Source of the DNA: Corallochytrium limacisporum Hawaii
Taxonomy: Eukaryota > Protista > Pluriformea
DNA length: 57,023 bases
Reading direction: 5' to 3'
NCBI GenBank assembly: GCA_002811645.1
Contig: PDIP01000031.1
Span: 143,497-200,519, forward strand
In this document: positions 17,614 to 30,100 of the stretch, in pieces
Numbering within the stretch: the first letter of the stretch is position 1
Layout: every line of letters begins with the position of its first letter
Translations under genes and position numbers: made by a program
Notes under the pieces: model-generated
The model's input: only the letters and a program-made list of their open reading frames with translations
Told to the model about the DNA's origin: nothing
Databases searched by the model: none

Positions 17614-19533
17614 TTTCGAGCGATTGCTTTTCTTGTATTCCGCTTTTTAGCGGACAGGTAAGGCTCTATGTCTCATGACTAATGTCTACAAAATTAAAAT
17701 GTTGAGCTAAACTTTGCCTTGTTTACAACTTCATTTTAGGATCATTTGTTGTGGCACCGCAGCTTTCCAAAGCTTTGGGCCGTTTAAATTAATAATTGCA
17801 ATATTGAGTCACTTGGTGTTCACATTGATATCGTGCATGAAGTAGCTAGTCAGATCTATGTTGGAATGAATTATTGGACTTGGAGATCGTCTGTAAATTT
17901 TGCTCCCCTCCTACACTTGTCTGCCGTGTATTCGCTTCCGACTGTTTGGGGAGGAGGACGAATACGAGAAGCGAAAGGAGGGAAGACCCGGGGGGGGAGC
18001 AGGAGCGGATCCTCCTGAGACCCATTAGCCGCCGCAGGGGAGAGAGCGGTACAAGAAATCCCTTTTGTCCATTCCTTCCTCCGACAATAAATGGAAAAAA
18101 AGGAGGAAATAGGCCAAGCTTACGGCCAGCGAACAATTATATATGACTGAAAGCGGGGGGCTTTTCGGTGCCGCTCGGTGGCTTGGTTTTGGGTTGGCGG
18201 ACCAAACACAGAAAAAAAAGAAACACAAAGGGGCCGGCAATACCAGGGGAAAAAGCCAAAACGGAAAATCCAGGGTGCAGCGATGTCCCGATGGTTGTCC
18301 CCAGTCCGTGAATATCAAGATGAGGGCGAGAGGAGCAGAGAACAGTACACCGACAGAGTGGGCCAGTTTGACGGGGGCATAAGAAAGAGGTGTGAAGAGT
18401 TCACAGTCATGGTGGGAGAGTGCCGCAAATGCGAGTTAAGGGGGCAAGAAGGATCCCTCCCGCTAAATGGTCTCCCCAGTACTCTTGTCCGGTGCAGCTG
18501 TCTTCCACTGCCGCAAAGAAGCGTACGAAGCGAAAGAGAATAACAACGAAGCTTCATTGGCGGGGAGGAATGCACCATAATTTAAAACTATCCGTATATT
18601 TATTATATGTATAAAAATGTATTATACTGTGAAATATAAGTTTACGGTATGTTAATATACCAACGAATGATGTGGCAAGGCGACAACATCTTCACCCCGG
18701 TTGTTGAGTTCTCTTGTCTCTTAGGAAAAATGGTCGTCGATTTTATCAACATAGTCCTACCTGTATCAAATGTATTGAAATAGTTTTGCGGTATTTGACA
18801 TATTTTCTGTTTGCTTCGTTCACGAAGGCCATTAATTCCCCCGCACAATACGTTCAACAAAAAACCGCACTGTGAGAGATTATCGATCATCGAGCCAGCA
18901 TCCAGCACGCATCAACCAAGTATAGCAATACGATGGACATTTGGTCTTCAGCATTACCGGTCATGCATGAATGCTGATTCACATGTGGACTCCATTGTGA
19001 TGCCCGTAGCTACCATCATGCATACTCGGGCGTGCCGGTGCTGGCTGTTATGGGTTAACCTTAACACCTGCCAAAATGAGCGCGACATTTGATTACTGCC
19101 ACCTCCTTCGATCGCTGCCCGGGCTTGGTTCCGTGCAGTGTATGTCGCATTACTGCAGTAGGCGTCGCTTATGCGTGAGGCATACTCATAGTAAACGAAA
19201 GCAAACCAACGGTGTCGTCGACAAGTTTTGTGTGGGATGGACACCCAATACTGTGGGCCAGGGTCCAGCCACCAAAAAAATCGTCGTCTACTTTGTGCGT
19301 GGCTTGTGCACATTCAAATACAGAACATTTTCTATGGAAAGCGAACTGACGAATTTCGCCGTATGTGCGTCGAGGTCGCCGCACGGGAGAACAGACTAGA
19401 GCTCGGTGAGAGTTTAGTGAGGATCTTAGGGGGACGTTTTCACACCCCCTTCATTTCACACTGCACTTGGGTGTTCCACGAATATGATGATGGTGCAGCA
19501 ATATACTTTTGACTATGATATTGGTTCTCTCCG

Positions 19534-20256
19534 TCACGGCGATTGCGAGTCGAAGATCCTACGAGGTGATGATGGGCCATGTCTGATCGCACGATGTCTG
19601 AGATTGATATCATTTGTGCATAGGTCAACTTCTGTGTCGTTCCTAGCACGCTTGAGAGCCGGGGAAGAGCTGTCCATGGATGCCGACGATAGAAGCGGGT
19701 GGTGGTTGCTGATATCTTTGAGCACCGTGGTTGTCGATGTTGCTGCTGTTGCAGATGTGGTGGTTTGGGTTGAATCTTCCGAATTTCCGGTGACGCTGCT
19801 GTGCTGGCTGGCAAAATGTAGTGACTTCTGATGGTACAGTGCAGGATCAGTTCGGAACTCCGCTGCAATATCAGCCATCAAGGCGTCGTCCGGGTTAGGC
19901 TCACCGAGCAGGATGCGCACTGCTGCAAGTACACTGTGTATGTTTAGGGAGGGTTTCCATGCTCCTTTCGGTGGTAATTTTAGTATTTCTAGGCAGATCC
20001 GTCCCTGCCTGTCAATGTTCGGATGATAGACCGGAGACTTGAACCAAACACTTGGGGGTTCGAACGGGTACCGTGGTCCAATTTTCACTCCGACTCTGAA
20101 GCTGTGCCTGCGAAGGTTGCTATTGTCTGGTCCTTGGATGGTTGTGTCAAAGGAACTCACATCGTCTGTAGTGTCAATATGAACAGTCACACCATCGGGC
20201 GGCCCCGACACTAGTCGCTTCATCTCTCGTCCGATCCGTGTCTGTCTTTGAGTCAT
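19534..20256 (-). CDS. UBE2T: Ubiquitin-conjugating enzyme E2 T (FANCT)
   Basis: RYPFEPP and YHPNIDRQGRICLEILKLPPKGAWKPSLNI (the LKLPPKGAW insert is UBE2T-typical), EPNPDDALM, and a disordered tail with an NLS-like LKRAR. Confidence 0.92.
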   Translation of the reverse strand: MTQRQTRIGREMKRLVSGPPDGVTVHIDTTDDVSSFDTTIQGPDNSNLRRHSFRVGVKIGPRYPFEPPSVWFKSPVYHPNIDRQGRICLEILKLPPKGAWKPSLNIHSVLAAVRILLGEPNPDDALMADIAAEFRTDPALYHQKSLHFASQHSSVTGNSEDSTQTTTSATAATSTTTVLKDISNHHPLLSSASMDSSSPALKRARNDTEVDLCTNDINLRHRAIRHGPSSPRRIFDSQSP

Positions 20257-21154
20257 CTTTTATATGTTGTGTATGGTATACAGCAGCTCTGCAAAATTGA
20301 AGTACTAATATGTTAACGCAACCATGTCAAGCGGTTCTAATACCACTATGCGAACACACTCAGCGCCACTACCCCATCTCTGAGTTCAGGTTGATTCAAC
20401 ACCATCCAGAGACCGAGGATGATGAAGGGTTCGCGCCCTCCACTCGCAGGTCGAAAAATAGGCCCCAGTTTTGTGCTAAGGCGGGTCTCCAACTCTGCAG
20501 TCATTTTCTATTTGTCGCGGGCCGCCTCACTGTTCTTTCACTTTGCGGTAGTAAAACTATTCAAACAGAGGGCTCTAGCAACGGTGAGGTCCGGCGAAAA
20601 AACTTAAAACTCGACGGGCTGAGGCGGACTGGCACCATCGCACACAAATGGCCGGCAGGAGAGAAAGCAGGCCTGGAAGGAGGCAGCCTGTGGGTGCGTA
20701 AGGACGGGAAAATTAAGCGATTCTTAATACGCACAGGAAACGGTGGAGCGGGTCTCAGGCCTCCTGCTCCCTCCTTGCCGAGTGGGCGGAGGGGAAGGTG
20801 CGGCACCTCCGTGGAGGTGGGGAAATGGTGGCGTAGAAGGGATTGGGTTGTGCATGACAAGGGCAACAATTCTATTTAAGGCTTGCAGAAAAGGCTCTAA
20901 AGATATGTATTATATTTGACTGAGTCCAGTATCAAAGAGAAGAGCATGAAATGATGACCATGTTGTTGGTTAAGCATTGACGTGCAGTCATGGAATGAAG
21001 GTATGTTGTCGCCTGAGCAAGTGCAGACATGCTGAGTCAAATTCATATATGTACTATTCTGAAATCCTGTGAGACTTCAAAGTCATGGAAAAGCAAGCGT
21101 ACGACATTTTTCGACAGATACAAAGCCGCTTACGTTCCAAAGCAAACACAACAT

Positions 21155-24100
21155 TCACTGCTGCGCCGGCTCCTTGCCTTTTCCAGCTCCTGTAACCGCG
21201 TGGTTCTGCTGGAAAACTGAATCACTTACCTCAATGATACCCTGGCCTAGGCTGATAATATCCTCGCAAGTGCGCCTGTTGTCGCACGGTATGAGGACCC
21301 GACGCCGCTTGCTGTGATGATTGTAATGCACAACCACACCCTCCGTGGCCATAGCAAACTCAAGAAGGTGCCGATTCGCAATCGCGTAGGAATCCATGCG
21401 CGTCTGGAAGACAATAAAAGCGGAATCAGTGAAGAAACAGAAACGATTTTCCTTCTTCTGGCGATCCACGGCCTGTACGTAGCCGATAAGTTGGTGTTCA
21501 AGGTACTTAAAGTTGTTGATTGTCTTGAGCTTGTAGTTGCCCAAGCTCATGTACGGATCGTAGAGGCGCACGATGCCATCCGCTTCAATGAACGCAGGCG
21601 GGCGAATGCGATTGCGCAGATTATCCTTATCGGACGCGGCAATGCCTTGCAGTGTGGCCGTCGTCAGATCTGACAGACCGGTCAATGGTTTGGCAATGAG
21701 ACCTGCCATTCCACGACCGATTCCCTTGATGAAGCCGGTGGCACCTTCCGAGGCGGCACCTTCGATGGGTTTCGTGAACACACCAGTAATACCTTCAAAT
21801 GTACCCTTCGCAAACGCCGCTCCACCACGCCCCATGCCTTCATATGTGTTCTGTGGCTTGCGTGCCATTGTCTTAGTTCGGGACGCCTTAAATTCGTCGT
21901 CCATAGCCAAGGTGGCCAGACCAGTGCCAAATGTGCCCGAAATCTTACCCAGGCTTGCAGCGGTGCCACCAAACATACCACGGTAGAGGGCAGATGCGCC
22001 CTTGCCAACATGCTTGATCAGGTTTGCATCTCCGTTCAGTACACCATCGATGGGCTCGAAGAAGAAGTCTTTGACACCGTCCGAGACACCATGGAACCAC
22101 TGCACTGGGGATCCCAGAAGGTTCAGACAGCCAAGGATACGATACATTTGTCCGACCATTTGCTGGTACATATGGTCATTCACGTGGTTGATCAGTGTGG
22201 CCTGGGTGACATACAAGTTGTGCAGCTCGAGACTGTTTAAGTCAATCTCAACATCCTCCAAGTTGACTAAAATGTCGCCGACATTGTCCATGAAGCGCTG
22301 CAAGCGGGATCCTTTGCTGTCACCCCCAACCAATTGGAAACTGACGTTGAAGCGCATAGGATTCAGACGAATAAGCTCAAAGTAGGTGCGCTGTGCAATA
22401 TCGTCCTCGGGACCACCCGAATTGGCCAGAGTTGCGTTTAGAGTAAACAGTTCACGGTCATATTTGGCGCGCAGATCCGTGTTTGCGGCACTGCTGAGCA
22501 CCAACAAAGCACCGAGTACATTGATCAGGAACGCATCCGTTAGTCGAATATCAATGGGTTGCACCAAAACACTGACGTGACGGTAGTACGAGAAAACCCC
22601 ACCAGCACCGGTGCTTCGGGCCAGACTGATCTGAATAGCTGGTTGGAACTCTTGCTCCGCTGCCTCTGGGTCTTGGTAGCGGAACGCAGTCGGAGTGATC
22701 ATGTCCGTGATCGGTGCCTCAAAGTCCTGGTCATCAAGCTCAATGGAGGCCAATGACGCAACAATCTGTGAACCGTGGGCATCCGCGGTGTATGCAGCTG
22801 TCAACACATTGGCACTGAAGTAGGCCACCTCTCGAGGTACGGTGGTGGAACCGCCCGTATGCACAAGCGAGACTCCCATACCGGCGAGATTCACCTCCAT
22901 AATGTAGTCCGGATCCTTCAGCTCGTCTCGATGGCTGCCACTACCGACGTTCTGCACGACCGTCTTCACCACTGAGCTCAAATCCGTAAAGACCACTACG
23001 TTCGTTAGACCGTCAGGGAATGACAGAACAGCAAAGCGGCCGAGGCCTGGAATATTGTGCTGGCGTTTGGCAACCTTCTCGAGTTGCATGGTCATGATGT
23101 TGCTCTCACTGCCTCCTGCAGGGTACCAGCCGAGCTGTGCGAATTTCTTTGGGAACTGCAGCGCGTACGCAGCAGTGTGACCAGCAGGGATGCGTGTGTG
23201 GGACCGTTTGTCGTTACGTAGGTCAAGCTGAAATACGGTAATGGACCGGTTTTTGCATCGGTTTTCGATGCGAATCGGTTGAAGTCGGCTGCTCTCGTGG
23301 ATGACAATGATGCTGCTGCCCTCCTCAACCACAATCTCAATCCAGCAGAGCAAATAGTCGGTACGATCCGCGCTCTTGTATAGGCGCAAGGAAAAATTGC
23401 GGGGCTGATCAATGCTAAACGGAGAGCTGCAAGATCCATCTAGCACACCCACAGATAGGAACAGCGTGCGAGTCTCTGGGTTCATTTCTTTCTTGGGCCA
23501 GAAGAAGCCGACGCTCTTCTTGGAGCTCAACTTAGGGGGCGTTTCACTGCCACGGTTGGATGGGTAAAGAACGCCCTTCACATCACCACCATCACGGGCA
23601 AAGTCACGGATGTAGTTCACACCGGCTCGCTCCTGTGCTAGTTTCTTGGCTTCACGCTCCTCAAAAGCATCCCAGTTCCGCGTCGACTGACCTGCGGACG
23701 TTAGGATGCGCATGTCGTGGCGTGTGGCGTTGCGGAAGATAAAGCGTGGTCTCACAATGATCATTGTGGTCAGGCCAAACCCTGGATTAGGTTTGATGGA
23801 GATTGTCACTTCAAACTCTCGACGTTTGTCTGGATGCTTCACGATCAGTTCACCAGTGGTGTTTCGAGCATCGAGATTAAAGCCTGGACTCCAGTCAGAA
23901 TCAGTCAGTGAAATCTGTGCCTCGTGACTGAAATCCAAGTTTTTGCCATCAAAGCCAGAAACGGCAACTAAGCCACTAGCATCGTCATCGCTGCTACGTT
24001 TGTGTAACTTCTCCCGTTTTTTCTCGCGGTAGAAATTGAACATCAATGGGTGATGTTTGCGGCTGTCCTGGCCCTGTGGCCTTGCACCTTCGCGAAACAC

Positions 24101-27100
24101 GTGTTCATCTGCCTGCCGAACTCGCAAAGCCATTCCGGTCTGGTTTACAAACAGGTATGGCACGTAGACATCGACCACCATACGCGACAAAATGGGGGCC
24201 TTACCCATGCGGATGGATTCCTCCCAATCATCGTAGTCCTGTTCGGAGAGTAAAGTGCGCTTGATCGTCACAGCCATAATGTGACCGTGGCGATCCACAA
24301 AGTTCAATGTCTGTGTCAAATGGCTACTACGAAATGCTCGGCTTGTGGACGTCGGACTGGCCGCCAGGAGGGGGCTACGACCTTTGTTCTTGGCGCGGAG
24401 ACCGTCAATGGCGAGGACTATATCAACTTCCTTGCCCTGTACAACATTGTACACCGGCTGAGATTCAGCCGGTTTGAAGTACTTCATGGCTTTCACATTA
24501 ACATCCATGCCGGAATCGCGGAACTCATCATCAGTCATGTCAATGTGAGACTTTGGCTTTTCTATACCGCTACCATAACTCACTTTACCCTGGGCGATCT
24601 TATCCAGGGCTTCCACAATATCAGTGCGCAAGGGTACCGGCAGCTGATTGCGAATTGTCACCGGTGCATGCAATTCGATACGCCAGTCAGGACCGCTAAA
24701 CTCTTCCTCCTGCGAAAGTGCATTGATGAGTCCAGATGTTTTGATCTCCGTTGTGTCAGATTCCTTCTTGCCGATGGAAGCCGTGACCTGCGCCATGGCC
24801 GAAAGATACTTGCGCTTCCGATAACTCACGTAAATGCCGACCGGGCTTTGCAGGTGACCCTTCATTTCGCCTGTTACAGGGTCCGGTCCACTTGGGGTAG
24901 ACCGAACTTTGTCTATGGGGCACAGAAGGTACCGCAATTGCTTCTTCGTGCCAATCATCGGCCACTTGATTTCATCCTCGCAGAAGTGCCAGGACCATAT
25001 ACCGTCGTGCTCCCAGGTGGGTGCGTTGTACCCCTGTCGAAAAGCCTTCAGCCAGTCCTTTTCCTTAAGCCCATTGGGATTTCCAGGGGGACCCCGGCTG
25101 CGGCTCCGACTGCGACTACCACTTCGACTGCGAGCTGCCCGCCTAATATGAATCTCCCTATAACTTGAGCGTCGCCTCAGCGCCTCCTCGCTGAAGTCGA
25201 CTCCACCGTCATCGACGGGACGAAACACCAACGGTCGCTCGTAAGCCACCAGCAGCGGGACACCGATTGACGTTGAATGCATCATTTCGTGCAGGGGCCT
25301 GACTTCGCGGTTGGCGCCCTCGCCAATCACGTAGCCCACTTCAATGGTGCGGCCGGTGGTATTGGTGATGGTGAGCGGTGAAGAGATGGTAGCAATCTTG
25401 AAGCCTCGACGAATTCTGACAGATACCATGATCTGCATCGTGCGCCCGTGTCTGGAGGGTGTAATGTCGTACTTCCGAGATCCGACAGTAAGCACATCAA
25501 TATCCGGGAAAATAGTAGAGAATCCATCAACCATGAACGAGATGCGCCTGGTAATCTGCTCGGGTTCGTCTAAGTTATACTGTGGACCCTCCTCGTCTTC
25601 TTCTTCGCCAATCTTGTCCTTTCGATGTTTTTTCAAGTGTGGCAAATTGTATCTCTGGCGGTATTGCAAAAGAATGGCGTCATTGCCATGGAATTCACTG
25701 CCGTGGCAAATATGGACGTCTCTGCCCGTGTGATTTACCACACTGAATGGAGAGACCGATCCTAAGTCGTCATCGTCAACTATTTGTCCGGAATTGGGGC
25801 CTGGACCTGCTCTAGTAAGACTGATCCTTTCGCTCTCCATAACATCGGACTTTCGTTCCTGCCTCCTACTTGCTAACTCTACTTCCTCGTTGCTCTCCTC
25901 TCGGATGGTCAATCTCCCTAAATCCTTACTAAGTGGGCCCTGGGTTTGCGTCAAAGCGGTGTCATCTTCTTGATCGTGACTGTTTGCTTCTGGAAGTTGC
26001 CACAGGCTGTTTATGGCAGTGAGCAGACCGATTAATGAAGTGGTGACAATGATTTCGAGTCGATGCCTTGAAGTCAGACTGAAGCGAAGTCCTCCACTCG
26101 GTTTCTTGGTCATGCCTTCTTCTCTATCGGTTACAATACTGGCGCCAACGACAGATGATGCCTGACTGCCCACGCGATGTAGTTCCCTCAAGGCCCCACC
26201 TGCTGTGCCGGGCTTGGAGTTCAACAATTCTTCAGTTACACCAGCTTCGCTTGGCAGTTTGAATGAGAAGAAGCTCAACAGGACCCACGGTTCAATTACC
26301 GGCTCCCAGGCACTGGAGGCAAAACTGAAAGATGAGGCACTAAGCTCAAAGCGACTCTTGCCCTTCAGAGCGGTGTACCAGTCGTGCGCTTCCGCAGTCA
26401 TGGACAAAGCCATGTGGAAGAAGGGGAAGGGCTTATCAAGGACAAGATCATCGAAGAGGACAAAGTTTGCTGAGTCAATAGTGAAGACCGCGTGTTGTCC
26501 AGGCTTTTGCTCCACCACATCCTTGATCTCATCATCAACTTCCTCCACATCTTCCTCCACGTTTGAGTCCTCGTCCTCGGAATTAGTACCCTGGTCTGTT
26601 TCTCCATCTGTCGTTGCAGGCACCTCATCTTCATCTCCGGTGTCCATAGTCTCATCGTCAACAAATTGCTTGGAGCCAAAACTGATCATCGCACCACGGT
26701 CCCGTCTAGCATTGTGCCGACGCTGCTTCTTTTGCTTCCCTTTCTGGTCGACTGGTCGATGGTAGCCGGCAGGATCCACTCCCACACTCTTTTCTTCCGC
26801 TTCGCCTTTGCGGCGGCGACGATTCTCCTTAATGGTGTTCCTGATGCCACCGTGTTCATGCAATGTCTCGGAGACAATCTCTCTACGTTTCTTGGGGTTC
26901 AAAGACGTGACTGAACCTGTCTTACGCATTTCCGAAACTTCATCATCGTCAGGAAGTGTACCAGCATTGTCCTGGGCGATGCGTGCCAGATTTAGCGTGC
27001 GGGCTGCGTTTTGATCAGAACCAGACATGTACCAAGGGACTGGTAAGTCCAGCTGATTCTTGGGTTTCTCATCAAACACCCTCCAGGGCTGTTGGGCTTG

Positions 27101-30100
27101 CTTCTCACGATCTTTGATAGTCAAGGCGTTCACCACAGTCAAATATGAATTATATGTGGTCATCAAGACCGTGAAAAGACGATGACCAATACCTCCTTTG
27201 ATCCGGCCCAAGTTGACCTCTATGTCTTCATCCTTTCCTTTCACCTTTAACGTTCCTAGTAGAGGCGTGGCGTCAAGCAGCACGTATTTCTCTTCGATTT
27301 CGGAATGGTCCGTGTAGACACCACTTATGTCGTTTTCGTATGACACTTCATCGGCAAAACTGACAAATCTTCCGAAATGGATGCTCGCAATGGCTTCACT
27401 GGTACCCATTTTGCGGTAGAACGCATCAACGTCGATGGCCAGGACCAATCGATTTTCTTCACCGTCCATAGTAACGCTGGAGAGCCCCAGTTCCAGGCCT
27501 TTCACCCGAAGACTATAGTAGATGCGTTTCTCCGGGGGTAGTGGTGCCGAGGGATCCTGGTCGTTTTCTGGGCCATTCTGGATTGAATCCAGTTCCCATG
27601 CATCACTGAATTCGGAGTCGTCGTCACTACCTTCTACACCATCAGAAGTCATGGGTGCGACATCTGTGCTGGCGGTGGCTTCACTGTGCTCCGAAGGCTC
27701 TAAATCTTCATCATCCAATTCGTAGATCTTGCTTTCGATCATGAAATTGCCAAGTTGCGAAATGATACCCGGGTTGGCAGCCAACTTCAACTCGGCAACG
27801 TCTAAATCGTAGATCTGCTCATCCTCATCGAGATGCATCTTTGCCCGAACGACGCATTCCTCCTCTTGGGTTGTACCAGCGGCACCGGAAGGTGCTGCCT
27901 GAATCTGTTTGGCGGCAGTGCAATATGTCTGCCTCCGCCCTGTATCATACAGTTCAATATTACCAATTGCCACTTCTCCAGCGGTGACAGCTGGGCCATA
28001 GAAACCAGCGACGTGCACATCCAGAGCAGACACGTAAACCTCCGCATACTCTGTCAGGATCAATACGAGGACTAAACCGTCAAGCTTGATATCGGCAGAG
28101 TAGCTGTCACCCAACTTCACTGTGGAGGAGCGTTCAGCGGTTGCTGATGATCCCTGTGTGGATGAGGCTTCTTTTGAAGCCCTAACGGACTCGCGAGTCT
28201 TCCGGATCTCTTGACTGGCCACAGACAGAGCTTGCTTCTGTTGATCAGCTTGATGCAGCTTCTTGATGACGCTGTTGAAGACCTTGGAGGTATCCGTACT
28301 CAGCGACAGGTGCATAGCTGGAGCCTGTACCCGCAGTTGTGACGTCGCAAAGCGAGAAGACACGTTCTCTGGCGTTACAGGATCAGCTGAGTGCAACTGT
28401 CTGTGCAGGCCATAAGTCTCCTGCATTCTCCAGAAGTTGATGGTGGTGCTGTAGGTGTTGGGCTTCACCTTGCCCAGCTTAGTTGAGCTGGCTCGAATAC
28501 CCGTGTTACCCTCAGCAGACTCGACCTGGCCCAACAAGCTGGCCACAGTTTCCACTTCTGAATTCTTTGGTGAGTAGTTCACAACCAGCACGCGCACGTC
28601 CTGAATGTGTGTGACGAGATGATCCCACTTTACATCTTCCTCTCTGGGACTTCTGCCACCCACTTCATCATACGGGGTACCGACACCATTGTCCATGGAC
28701 AAACGACCCAAGTCTATTGCTATGGCTCGTTCGTCTAAAGAGCCTGGCAGAATGATCAGTGGGGCAACAATGTCAACGTCCACAAAAGGCAAGGGGTCCC
28801 GCTTCACTTGACTTTCTTCCTTCATCTGGTTATAGGATTCTCGTGCGGTTTCGGCGGCGCTTGCACTAGCAGCAGTGACAAGGCTGCTTGTCTCCGCAGA
28901 ATACTCCGAGTATGCAATAATACGATCGAAGAGTGGCGCATTGTACACAACATGCACCTTCCTCGTCTGAATCAGAACTCTTGGTCTGCTACCATCCTTG
29001 ACAGAGTACTCCAACTTGATTATCTCTCCCTGGTCATCTTCGGCGCTAACAAGCTCGTGTTCAACGGATCCACGACTTGCACTCTCTCTGGCCGTCATGT
29101 AGATTCTGCCAAGGTCCAGGGTGTACGCGGAGCTCTTCTTCATCATATGTGCGCTCAGGTTCAATGCGCCAATTCCTACCTGCGCAACCTCGTGTGCTTC
29201 AGGATCCATCAAATTCACGGCTGCAGAGTGGAGATGAGCATCTAACCGCATGTTCATTCCAGATTGATGTTCTTCTTCGGATTCTTCTGTATCTCGATCA
29301 GCACCAGGCTGTACCGTCCTTGGTTTGCCTTCCTTTGGCGACCCACTCCCTAATTGCAAAGAATTGAGCCAGCCAAGCAGGTCGCTGGCAAATTGAGGAT
29401 TGACGTTTGCATTGATGTCACCGACACTTGTGGCAACATTTAGGTTGATGTGGTCTGCTGCTTCCAGCAAATCAGTTGGTGCATCGGCAACAGTGTAATC
29501 AACCACCACGTCGATTAGACTCTCTCCAGACATGTCTGTATCCAATTTCATCGGATCTTCCACCGCATCTTGAAATTCATCATCCTCATCTACAGAAGCA
29601 CTATCAAGCTCCGCTCCAGCTTGCAAGAACACACGTAGTGGGCTACCAGTCTGTTTGGAAGCATCCACTACTGTTAAAGCACGCATGCGCATAACTACCT
29701 TAGATGTGAAAGACCTATGGTCGACCTGCAGATTGATGTTTCTCAAGGATAGCTCAGTCAGATTGTGTGTGTCCAGCGAACTCGTTTTAAGGTGAAGAGA
29801 GATCTCCTTAATCTCCAATTCAAGCTCAGCTTGCCTGAAGTTCTTAGCGCTTTGAGATTGTGCGTCGTAGAAGAGGTCATATGATTCTGACTCACGCAGT
29901 GCTGTACTCTTCTCCAGATCCTCGAACATTCCTTCCACAAAAGCAGCATCATTGACTCGGCTTGCGCGCGTGGGGCCACTAAGGTCAAAGCCAGCGTCAG
30001 CGTCGTAGTACACACTCTCGCGACCGAGCTGCAATGTCTGCGGCTCCGGTGCTGGCAGCGCCTTTGGCGTGGGCGGTTCTTGAGTTTCCTGGCCATCCTC

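Noticed and set aside
20951-21035. C box ATGATGA with downstream CTGA boxes, a possible C/D snoRNA
   Set aside because: There is no properly placed terminal stem and no rRNA guide I can recognise. A snoscan or Infernal run would be needed.
24281-25168. 295-aa plus-strand ORF within VPS13, and other long antisense ORFs (49776-50612, 34913-35530)
   Set aside because: These are antisense shadows of well-supported CDSs and show no domain features.
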